From: Massalongia carnosa
Lineage: Eukaryota
DNA: 64,000 nucleotides
Reading direction: 5' to 3'
NCBI GenBank assembly: GCA_965645245.1
Contig: OZ287075.1
Span: 2,046,001 to 2,110,000, forward strand
Shown here: positions 53,016 to 64,000 of the stretch, piece after piece
Layout of the letters: each line of letters starts with the position of its first letter
How positions within the stretch are numbered: the stretch's first letter is position 1
Position numbers and translations under genes: made by a program
Notes under the pieces: model-generated
What the model saw: the letters and a program-made list of their open reading frames with translations, nothing else
What the model was told of the DNA's origin: nothing
Databases searched by the model: none

Positions 53016-56000
53016 CTTTGAGGAGGGCGAATTTCGGCAAAGCTTCGTCGGACCGTCTTGCTCGTGAAGGGAAATTTTGAAGCCAGAGTAACAGCAATGT
53101 GGACCTAGAGTTTGACGCGAGGCCTTTCTTATAACCCTTACTCGCGGGGCTGGGAGCTTTGACCTTGTTTCATCATGTGTCTTTCTTCGGACCGCCTCGT
53201 GAAAGCCTAAAGATGCCACTGTCGAGCGGGACTTGTCCTTTCCAGGGATCAGGAGACGCGGTCAGCGCCTTCCCCACAAACATGAACAGGTTTTTGCTCT
53301 CGCACCTTAATGACCTGAGCCATGACCACGATGTCACGAAAGTCCGAACCTTGTTCTCTGTGAATTGCTCTGCCTGATTGGTCGCTGAAACAACCCCGTT
53401 CCTAACCCGAAACATGGCCTGGAGCCGGTTGCCTACGAGGGCTGAGGAGAAAGTCTAAAGGGGGGATCCTCAGGGCTGACTGGTTCTGTGGCCACGGGTA
53501 ATGTACATTGACTCCTCGACCGTCTTTTCTGTAGTAGAATTCAGGTACAAGCTTCTCATACCATGTGGCCAACCGACTAGGTGAAACAAACTTGTTACTC
53601 ATGGGCTCGGCAGAGGACGTTAACGTGTATTGAAATACCCGGTAAAGTCTGGTCTATGAACCACCCTATTGCACTACCCTCAATAGCAGTTTGGGGTTGG
53701 ATCTACAAAGTACTCGTGAGGCTCCGAAGTGTATCTGTATTCTATTCAGGTTAGCATCAAGCCATGTTGGGGATAGTAAGCGACTCTATTGGTCAGATTT
53801 CCCTGTTTTATACTACCGTAACCTGAATAGGAAACAGATACTCTTCGCCTCACGAGTAGACACCAGAAGAGACACGTAGAGCAAACAGGTCGCTTCGAAG
53901 GAAACCTTGGAAAATGTTGCAGACGTAAGGATCTCTGACAAGGGTAATCCGCCATGTCTTGCTGTTGGAGTAAAGGCCGATTGCTTGAGATTTTCTGTCC
54001 TTGCTCGAAGTGCATTGGATGTTCGTCAACTCGTAATCTCCAGCGTTCCAACGAAACCATCCTCCAGAAAAGCCGACGCCGATGGAGATTCGCCGGCTCG
54101 AGCTGAAGCGCAGGGCAACAGAGTGATGAGGAATATAGGAGATATGAAGTCACGATTGGTTTCACAGCCTATTCCTCTCGCTTCATATTTTTGGACTCAA
54201 TCGCTTCTTCGTCGATGATCGCACGAATAGGAGGAGATCCTGGTATAATATGATGTAGCGGTGGCTTATTTCCTCCGTCGGCCATCAAATCACCATTCCA
54301 GAGCTATTACGAATCATCACGACATCGATTTTGTCCGCGAGCAGTACTATCTCTCAGACGCGGCGTTTGACGCTCTGGGTTGGACCGAGATCGACGTGCC
54401 TCTTGAGGTCCTACAGATTCGCTCCTGGCGTATCCTGAGGTTTGTTTGTCCAGGCGACAACACCAACGCGAGCGGATGGGAAACTCTAATGCTTCGTTCA
54501 TCATCGAAGCTTCTCGTCATATTGTCGCCTGAACAGCATCGTCCTTTTCTCCCTATTTTGTCGAATCTAAAAAGGTAGTTAGATTTTCTTGCGTGACTTT
54601 GATGTAGTGCTACATGGCCCAAGGGGGAGGTTCTTTCATCAAATGATGCGTTAATCTCATCGATCTCTATAACAAATATAAATATGTATTTAACCTTCCC
54701 CACGGGCGATTTCCGTGATAACATACATTATACTCCGTACTCGGTACAGTATATACACAGTATACACATACGAAGGAGTTCGTTACTCAGCCCCAGCATG
54801 CATACAGCCAACCAATCAATCGCCCTTGGCGCATCAGGATCAGGATCAGGATCAGGAACCCAGATCGTGCATGCATACCCCACTCTTCGAGACCGTTCCC
54901 ACCCTTCTGGAAAAAAAAGCCACAGAACTTCAACCCGTCCACATAACGCCACATTAATGCCTTGATCTTTCCTCCCTTCGCCACATTTTCTTCTCCAACC
55001 ACAGCCTCCACCCCCACTGAAATCCCCTCATAATATCCTCATCATGTCCCCATCCCTACCCTTTAGTTACTACGGAGTGCTATACATGTGTCCCCCACCT
55101 CCACGGCCCCCCGCTCATGAATATGTTATGCTGCTTCTTAGGCGCCTCTCATAACTGCCTGTTAGGCCCCCGTGGGACTCACGATGGATGCCAATATTGA
55201 TGATAACCTGACCATCTAACGGATGGTAGCCTCACCATCTAACACCTGCGTCCCTACCCCACACTAAGTCACCCAATCCCCGTCGCATGCCAACCAGCAA
55301 GAGTGATTGGTTGATCGATTTGATTCATGCATCGATCGATTCATGCATAGATCGAACAATCCTAGGGTAGGGGTTTGCTGGCTTGCTAGCCAAAGCCACG
55401 TGGCTTGATGGTGCAACAGAGTACCTAGGTGTGATACGATAGGATTGGCGACGAGAGTGCAAATTGTTAGGTACTTCCGTACAGAGGAAAGAAAAACACG
55501 CAAAGTTCTTGATTGTGCTAAATGTAATGCATATGCATACATATACAATTGATACCGCTCCCGGGCGCAGTGCACATGTTGTCTAGGCTACGTGAGGCTT
55601 ATCTCTCGGGTTTCATTTAGGATGAAAGCCCGAGCATAAATACGGTATTGTGGGAAGCCTAATCGTATCAGCCGCATATAACTAGCGTAAATTAAGACTT
55701 GGAGGGGGCTTTCCTCTGTACATACCTCTGTGGGAAGTAAGCTATAGCATGGGATACATACACACCCTAGGATAGGGATGCAGCTGCGGTGCAGTGCCGG
55801 GTTAGGTAGACAAGTGCCGGCATCGAAAGGCACGCTACATAACCCCCACTTACTCTTGGTACCTCTAGATACCTCTCTATGGCGCCAGCGAAATACCTAG
55901 CGTGCGGGATCCTGAACGGGTGATGAGAAGGAAAAAGCTCCGAGGGGTGAAGGGTTTCTTGAAGAGAGGAAGGGAGGCGCTGGGGGTGGTGATGCCTATC

Positions 56001-56480
56001 TATCTACCTGGTAACTTTCGGTGGGGGGGAAGTTGGTGGCTGTGGAAAGAGATTGTTGCGCGTGGAGATAAGGGGGTTTAAATGAACCAAAATTCATTTG
56101 TTGTCATAACACAGTCGGTTCGACTCCTGTTAGCGCTGGCTGGAACGGTGGGATGGTGGTGGTTATGTTTTCGGTTTTCTTCTCTTTGAGACGATTGCGT
56201 AAATATGTGTTTGGAGAGAGGGATGGACCCGGTTATGTTGCCAGAACGGGCCAGTCATGGACGTGGTGTTTATTTCATCAATCATCTCAGGCCATGAAGT
56301 ATGTAGGTGAAGGGCGAAATTAGACATAACTACGTACGACATACTACATATATACATATGAGGAATATCAGGAGATATCCAAACAGACGGTTAAAGTATT
56401 TACTTATATAAACACTCACTGTACACTGCCCCCGTTCGCCTTGTGAAAACCAGCAGTTCTTCCCCCTAGTAACCCCAGAC

Positions 56481-57977
56481 TTACGCGTGCCTCGACACGT
56501 GTGCCGGCGCCGGCGAGGTCATGCTCCACGAGGAAAACGCTTCGTCCGAGCCATCCTCCGCCTTCCGGTGCGACAGCGCGTCTTCGGCCGCCACCGTCGT
56601 CTGGCTGACCTGTGAGATCTGATTCGTTACCACGATCTTGTCCTGATGCTTGCCGGCCTCGACCAGCCTCACATCGTCGTTGTCGTCCTGCCGGGGGTCG
56701 TCCGGGAGGTGCGAGAGCTCCACGCCTTCGGGCAGTGGCTCGGGCGCGCCCAGGCTGAGCATGCGGTTGAACTTGCTGGATTGCTTGGACCCAGACTTGT
56801 CCGAGGCATAGCGGGTGTAGGACTGCCCTTTGGTGTCCGCGCGGCGCCGTTTGCCGGATAGCATGAGGAATAGGGGCATGAGGGATGGAATGCAGGCGCT
56901 GACGACGCCGATGCTCACTTCCAGGCAGCCCCAGAGGATGGGGGTTGCGATGGTCCCTGCGTTAGAGAGTCAGGGGAGATGTTTCCTCAGCAAGTGCGTC
57001 CAAGAGGGCTCGGGAACTCGGCTTACAAGTTTGATCCTCGTCGTCGATTTGGAGTACGAGGATGAGACGCATGATGCTAGAAACACAGGCACTAAGGGTA
57101 TGCAAATTAGCATTGCCGACATTGCTGCGTGGTTCGCACGAGAAAACCCACAACGCTCCCACTGCAAACGCTACAACGAGACCCCACCGACGACCCGCTG
57201 ACACTTGCAGCTTCCATACAATGGGTAACGGCAAGCAAAACACCGCGATAATCATCACCATGCTGATGGTAGCGGCAACAGCGTAGTACTGGTTTTGCTT
57301 GATACAGGTGCCGCCTTCAAGATTATGGATCCAAAAGTGCTTGACTGGCGTGCACTGAAAGATGATGATGATGTCGTTCAGAACGGTCCAGATCGTAATC
57401 ACTACCCCCACCCAGATGCTCGTCTTACGCAGCCAGGTATTTGGGAATAGCCGAATGTAAAGAATGAGGATGGTGATGATGATCAAGTTGTAGGCAATCC
57501 ACCAGGTGAACTGATGCACCATGACCGTCTAGAGAAAGCGAAACAGCACCATCAGCATGTCAACCGAATACATGACTCCTGAACCTGTTGAGCATACTTT
57601 GGCGATGAACATTGCTCCTTCAGGAGTGACTTCGGAAACATGTCGCCCTAAACCGGCGCCCAGGCCTGTAGAAGCATATCGATTAGACGTTTGGCTGCCT
57701 TCATGGAAGTATTGCCCGAGTCATACCGAGCAGAGTAAGGATATTCGGGAAATACGAGAATATCTAATGCACCGTGAGCTTAACCTCAGCGCAGACAAGG
57801 GATTCATACCAAGGCAAGAACAGCAATGTAGTCGTCCCACCAAAGCTTTATTCCGAATTGTCGTCGGGCAATCAAACGAAGCGCAACAGCTATTGTAGAG
57901 GAGATTAAACAAAAACTTGTGACCACAATCAGTTGGACCTGATGGTCATTATATCCATCCTTGTTACTAAAAATCAT
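56481..57977 (-). CDS. PTH11-like/SAT4 rhodopsin-domain membrane protein, apparently intact
   Basis: VALRLIARRQFGIKLWWDDY, GAGLGRH, ILYIRLF, FQCTPVKHFW...GTC, LPLPIVWKLQ, WGCLEVSIGVVSACIPSL, with canonical introns. Confidence 0.9.
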
Positions 57978-58615
57978 GATTCACAAACGCTGAACAAGAA
58001 CAAACAATTAATGTAGGATGAATGCAACGGTTGGTGAGTAATACTTAGGAGAGAGACTCTGTGGTGCTCCAGCGAAGAATGTGATCCGTTGAAGCAGACT
58101 CGAAGATTGGCAAAGGAGTTGATTCCAGTCGTGATCCTATATGCTTTTACACCCCCTTTGACTGTCCAAGTATCAGGGAACTCCAGAGCTAGCTTACCAA
58201 AGATGCAAGGGAAGAAAACCGCAAAGATCTCAGACTTTGGTGGCGGCCCACCAGGGCGGCGCCGTCGTGCCTAGTCAACATTGAGACCCTGGCATGCCGG
58301 GTTCCCCCACTCGCAATCCATTTGCCAACTTTGCGTTTTGCCTGCTGTGCGTTTAGAGAACGATTACCGAGCTTCTAGGCCATTCGTGGGATTTACATAG
58401 CATGCGATGACACCCGTGGCCGCCATGTGTCTATGATGCAGCTTGCATCGTTGCAGGAACGAAGAAACGAGGAAACGAGACCTGCGCAGAAAGTCCCTTA
58501 CTCTGCACTCTGTACTCTGTGGGTACTCTGTAGAACAGAAGGTTCTTCGCCAACTAAAACTAGCTCCTACGTTCCAGGAACAGTTTTCCTCCTTTCCCCG
58601 CTCTGCAATCTTTCG

Positions 58616-58745
58616 GTAACTAACTCTATAACTAATTCTGTGACTAACTCTATAACTAACTCGTAACTAACTCGTAACTAACTCGTAACTAACTCGTAAC
58701 TAACTCGTAACTAACTCGTAACTAACTCGTAACTAACTCTATAGC
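58616..58745. repeat. Minisatellite: 7 perfect TAACTAACTCG (11 bp) units flanked by 12-bp TAACTAACTCTA-like variants
   Basis: Perfect units 58653-58729, degenerate units on both sides. Confidence 0.95.
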
Positions 58746-59962
58746 TAGTGCAAACTCAAAAGCCGTTCTGATGTGGCCTAGTTAGTTATGCAGGACCCCC
58801 CACCAGTTGATAGGTCCTAGTATAGTATAGTACTCTGTACAGAGCGCAGACTCCATCCTCCCGCTCTCTGGATGAATTTTAAACAATTTTTGCACGGGAT
58901 CATGGAGCCTGGATGCGCTGATGGATTCCTTCCTCGGATGACTTCGTGGCCCAGTGGCTTGTCCCGAGATTCCATGACTCCCTCATTGGTTACTAGTACG
59001 ACAAAGTTAGAGATAGGCGTCTCGTCTCCATGACTCTGTGCGGCTTCAGTCCGCAACTCCTGCAGGGCCAACAAGACTTTCGACACGCTGGTTAGAGTTT
59101 ATCTTTAGAGTAGCTAGCTCTGATACCAAGAAACCGCCCATGCGCCGCTAACGAGTCGTCTCGCAAAACAAAACATGTTGGTTCGCTTTGAGTATCCATG
59201 AGGGGGCAGGTCATCCCAGGGAGTCATTTCGCAGCCACGTTTCACGGGAGGAGGGGAGATAGGGGGAGGCACTTCGCTCTTGAGAGCAGCTTCTTATGTG
59301 GAAGGCAAGGACTTTTATGCCATAACCATATATACAATATGGCGTCCGCCAGCCTAACATGCCATACCGGGACTTTGTGCCATCATATAGCAGTACGGAG
59401 TACCTACTACACAACGTCTTCTTTCACTTCGTCGTCTTGCCTATGTAGAAGAAACAACCTATTTTGTATGATGGGTGTAGCGCAGGGTTTCTTCGGGCTA
59501 TGAGGAGTGGGTCATAATAACAAGACTTGCTGGTTTCGAGAGGTGGATATGGCTCAGGTAATGGATGTGTGGGAAGTCATTAGGGATGGTCGAGGGTGCG
59601 ATGATGAGACGACGAGGTTCAGTACCAGGCTAAGCCCCTTCGGGTTAACAAACTAATACGCCGCTTTTCTGTAGCAACGTCTGAGTGTAAAATTCAAGCT
59701 CACAATCATATATGACTTGATGAGCAAAACGACGACGATTTCGATCTCACAGAACAAAGTCACGGTTTATTTTTTTCATGTTTGTACCGTCGTCGCTTGA
59801 CATGTTTATGATTAATGTACTAATCGTCGGCTAGTCTCTCGCTTACCTCGTGCCGACTCGAGGCGTTCGCCTCTAGTCGGGGAAAGCAAAGTTCGTCTTT
59901 TCGCAATTTTATTTCCATTTCATCAACACGACGCCTTTGACTACATCAACTATTTCATTATT

Positions 59963-59975
59963 GATCATCATCATC

Positions 59976-60007
<32 letters not shown>

Positions 60008-60015
60008 CATCATCA
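59963..60015. repeat. (ATC/ATT)n microsatellite in the transposon 5' leader
   Basis: About 17 triplets immediately before the transposase ATG. Confidence 0.9.
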
Positions 60016-62029
60016 TGAATTGTAATGATACTGTCACGCGTCTGAATGATGCTAAGCAGTTTCTAATAGAAAATCCACTTGAAAGCAAGATATGCGCTGC
60101 TCGCATATTTGACATTCCTCGTACCACTTTACAAAGTTCACTTGCTCAAAACAGCGCGTCGAATGAAGTCGAGAAGAGAGGAGGACATAATAAGATATTG
60201 GAGAAGCATCAGATCAAAGCAATACATGAGTTCATTCGCTCGTTACTTACATATGGTGTTCAACCGACGTATGAACTGATATTCAACGCGATCAAGAGTC
60301 TGAAGCGAAGTCAGAATGCTGATTATAAAGGTCCTACTAAGCGATGGTTTAGAACATGGTGGAAATCCAACCATTTACATAAGATTAAGACTAAACCGCT
60401 AGCAGTCGTTCGCTATACGGCGGGACAAGTGAAGGACGTTAAAGCATGGTTCGCTGATTATCGGGTGCTTCTTCGAGAGCTGAATATCAAGAATAAACGA
60501 AATATCATCAATTTTGATGAGGCTGGTTTTCGAGTTGGCTGCATGAAGGGACATGAAATTTTGGTTCCAACAGATGTAAAGGAGTATTATTCTATTAGTC
60601 CTGAGAATAGAAAATCTATCACCATTTTCGAGAACATAAACGCCGCCGGTGATTATCCGCCACCTCTTTACTTGTCATACAAGGTCATGATATGATGAGC
60701 AATTGGTTTGCAGACGAACTGCCTAAAGGAACTCGAATTGTTTCGTCAGAAAATGGATTCACATCGGATAAAATAGCGATTGCATATCTGCAACATTACA
60801 TTGAAAATTCTGATGCAGGATCTGAGATTGATTGGAAGTTAATGCTCATGGATAATCACGGTAGTCATGTTACTCCTGAATTCATCAAGCTTGCCAATGA
60901 AAACCGGATACGTCCTTATCCTTTGATACCACACTTGACGCATTGTATGCAACCGCTTGATGTAGGAGTGTTTCAACCTTATAAACATTGGCATGATGTG
61001 GCCATTCAAGATGCGATTGCGGAGTTCAATGTAGAGTATACAATAACTCGATTTTGTCAAGATCTCACCAAAATACGAGATAACACATTCAAGAAATCCA
61101 CTATTCAATCTGCCTTTGAAAAATCTGGAATGTGGCCTATTAATGAGAAGAAATGCACTGAACAGCTAAAGAAGTTTGTACCTTTGCAAAGTGAGAATAA
61201 TTCTTCTTCTTTTCCAACATTATCTCTCCTAACATTGCCACGAGTTCAACCTAAAACGTTTGATGATGTTGAAAGAGGATTACTTGAATGGCTACCCAAA
61301 ATTCGCGATAATACACAATGGAGTGATCCAGTCCGGGAACAGGAGTTAGAGGAATTCGTGAGTAATACGAAGGAAGTTGTTGCCAAATCGACGCTTACGA
61401 AATTCGAACTGTCACTTCATCATGAGCGAAGAAGCAAGGAATTACTACAGAGAGCAACTTCTCGCAAGCGATTAAGACCTAATTACTCGACAGACGGAGG
61501 ATTAGGACTCACGAAGGAGGATGCGCAACGAGCAATTGTTGAAAGACAGCAAAAAGATGAGCAGATAGAAAAGAAACGAGAGCACAACAACTTCATGAGA
61601 ATATGGCGAATGAAAAGAGATAGTGTACACGCGGAAGGTGTTATCGCTCGAAAGAATGAAAAGATCAGAATAAAACATATTAAAGACCTCGCAAAACAGG
61701 GAGTTAGCATATCCGATGAAATGTTGACTCCAATTGATGATCCTGAGGCCATTTGGAAGGCGAGCGACATTACTTGGCAGACGGAAGAGACCAAAAAAAA
61801 GACGAAGAAAGGAGTAAAAGATACTCATATATTCAATGATGAAGAGGAAGAGACAGAGACTACCTTTATCATGGATACTGTAGGTGATCAGAATCTACGA
61901 TTTATAGGTGAAGGTGATTTTATTCGTCAACAAAAAGACTTCGTTGCCTTTAAAATGGAAGAGGAAGTAGGCGACGATGTCGACGACAGCGACGAGGATG
62001 ATGTTCAGGAGCAGTTGGGTTATTATTAG
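60015..62029 (+). pseudogene. pogo/Fot1 DDE_1 transposase with one frameshift
   Basis: HTH (AARIFDIPRTTL), CENP-B-like region, catalytic NFDEAG / MDNHGSH / QPLDVGVF. One base is missing near 60665 (YPPP[P]LLVIQG). Confidence 0.92.
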
Positions 62030-63083
62030 TATAACTACTATTATAACACTTTTCATGCTTGATCTTCGTAGAAAAAATTTGATTGATTTTTTGCGTGTAA
62101 AAGTTGAAAAGACGAACTTTGCTTTCCGCCGAACTTTGCTTGCCCCGACTAGAGGCGAACGCCTCGAGTCGGCACGAGGTAAGCGAGAGACTAGCCGACG
62201 ATTATTTATTTTTTCGTTGTAAATTTCAATGTTTGTTTATGCTTATAACTTGCAGAACGCTTTTACATACGTTTTGTTATTTGTTAAATCGATTTTCGAT
62301 TTCTATGCGAAATAGAATCAGATTTTTTCACATGACTCTTGCAACGAATAGGAATTTCATGAAACTTCTTTACAAATTCTGTTTGAGTTCTTTCGAAGAA
62401 ACAGCTTGTGTAGATATAAAAACAAGACGTCAAAACGTCGTGCTATCGCAGCCACGTTAATCAGCTGAAACGCTAATCCGAAGGAACTTAGCGAATAGGC
62501 TAACCCGCAGACAAGAGGCTTTACTTATAAGTATGATAGTGGGGAGCAACCCGGTATTACATGTTAGGCTAGCGGACGCCACATGTATGGCATAAAAGTC
62601 TCTTCTCGAGGCAAGGCCACTATTATTGAACCATCGCAAAAAGCTAACATTTAAAGGATTAGTAGCAGCAGCATCAGGTTCTGGTTCTTCCCACTTGAAC
62701 TTGCAAAACCCCTAGCAGATGCGACCATCCTTAGTTAACCGGAAGAACTAATTAACTTCGCAGCTTGGGACAGACTTTGTGGAGGGCTTTCGTTCCCTAT
62801 CCCGATGAGGAGGCTAACTACTCTCGGCCTCGTAATTGGTGGAAAATGATTTGCTACTCTGAAGACAGGGAACACATAAACATGAACCGAAGCATTTGTA
62901 CATAGCTTGCGGAGATTGCTGTTGAGAGAAGAATAGGTGGCATGAACTTTCCCAACTGTTGTATTTCTATTCACAGAAGATACGACGTGTCATTTATAAT
63001 ACAACATATCTCTCTCCAACCTTGTTATGGAGCCTCCACGCCTTCCTTCTTCTAGTCCAACGGCATAGTTCTCGCCATAAAAT

Positions 63084-63611
63084 ATGCCGCCGTGTCTTTA
63101 CTTTGCGTATGGCCCCAACATCTGGGAACACCAAATGTCCCTTCACTGCCCTACGAGCACCTACCTCGCCGTCGCAAAACTTTCCGGGTGGCGTTGGATT
63201 ATCAACGCCCGGGGCTACGCCAACGTGGTGCCTGCCTACGGTAATTAAGTGTGGGGGTTAGTGTACTCGCTTGAAGCCACAGATGAAGCGAAACTAGATG
63301 TCGATAAGGGGGTGCCGTATGAGTATGAAAAGCTACCGCTGCCGGTAGAGGTCTGGTACGAAGTCGAAAGCGAGGGAGGGAAGGTGAAACAACTGGGAAA
63401 GAAACAGTGGGCATTGTGCTACGTGGATCGGCAAAGAATATTGGAAGGTGTGACGAGAGTGGAGTGTGTGCAAAGGATGAATATGGGAATTCGAGATGCG
63501 TTGGAAAGGGGGATGCCAACGCTTTATGTGGACAAGCACATTCGGCCGTTCATTCCAGAAAAACCTGGACACATCATCGGGAAAGAAGCTGAGTTGGAGC
63601 GAGGGTGCTAG
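63084..63611 (+). pseudogene. Gamma-glutamylcyclotransferase (GGCT/AIG2-like), inactivated
   Basis: LYFAYGPNIW...WRWIINARGYANVVP, in-frame TAA at 63246-48, then VWGLVYSL...LDVDKGVP. The usual YGSN and catalytic EG motifs read YGPN and KG. Confidence 0.85.
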
Positions 63612-64000
63612 ATTACGACTCACAACTCGCTACTTGAATTTCTATGCTCGTTGCTTACAATGTCAATATAACATGAAATGTCGAGGAATCGGAAAAAGTG
63701 AACTGAGCGACCGATTGACATATTCATAACAATACAGACTGATATTCGCGTAACAATTTCATTCATCTTGCGAATATCTTGATAATCCTTACGGAAAAAA
63801 AAAGAGAACTCATTGTCGTGAGGTAAAGAGAGTCAAAGGTTATTGTCTCTGATAAAACATCTGTTGAAATAGATATATGACTATGACTATGATGATGATG
63901 ATAAATTCTTACACCGATATGTCACCGGCCGAATGCCGGCCCATGCGGGCGTGGTTCTATATGACTATTGTACATAGGAAAACCTTTTAAGGAATAAAAA

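Larger units (their letters stand above)
59823..62202 (+). mobile_element. pogo/Fot1-family (Tc1/mariner superfamily) DNA transposon, full length
   Basis: 60-bp identical terminal inverted repeats, extending to about 80 bp with one indel. TA at both flanks (59821-22 and 62203-04). Internal transposase gene. Confidence 0.95.
59310..62600. mobile_element. Putative older element with degenerate long inverted repeats that hosts the pogo insertion
   Basis: Inverted matches 59310-59371 vs 62550-62600 (15/15 and 29/32 blocks) and 59629-59649 vs 62472-62492 (17/21), in collinear order. Confidence 0.55.

Noticed and set aside
56095..56140. tRNA-like GGTTCGACTCC (T-loop / B box) with a nearby CAT loop
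   Set aside because: No D-arm or pairing acceptor stem could be folded.
58616..58745. CRISPR array or telomeric repeat
   Set aside because: No spacers, eukaryotic context, and the unit is not TTAGGG-like.
59937..60014. Poly-Ile N-terminal 'membrane anchor' on the transposase
   Set aside because: Artefact of the ATC/ATT microsatellite read from a TTG start; the ATG at 60015 is the plausible start.
1..64000. Secondary-metabolite gene cluster
   Set aside because: No PKS, NRPS, terpene synthase or clustered tailoring enzymes.

Overview
Eukaryotic DNA from a filamentous ascomycete (Pezizomycotina), judged from short GT-AG introns with CTRAC branch sites and fungal gene families. It is not prokaryotic, and no rRNA, credible tRNA or CRISPR array was found. 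A core of intact housekeeping genes (about 18.5-49 kb: atypical SDR, Tdp1-like, SNRNP27, ELP5, Sld7-like, VPS55, PRE5, LOG, CLPTM1, SEC22, ASXH protein, MED6) is flanked by two decaying accessory zones. The left zone holds pseudogenes (phosphotransferase, NACHT-ankyrin NLR, kinase, PTH11-like receptor), a small secreted protein, a DUF2235 hydrolase and a PD-(D/E)XK-like gene. The right zone holds a hidden secreted-protein pseudogene, an intact PTH11-like gene, a minisatellite, a near-intact pogo/Fot1 transposon and a GGCT pseudogene. The most unusual structures are three. The transposon sits inside a second, degenerate outer inverted-repeat element. Orphan tandem copies of its TIR lie 34 kb away, upstream of the Tdp1-like gene. 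GC-rich islands with flipping strand skew mark several gene 3' ends. All family calls come from motif recognition by eye; no database search was run, and I found no clearly new multi-gene system.
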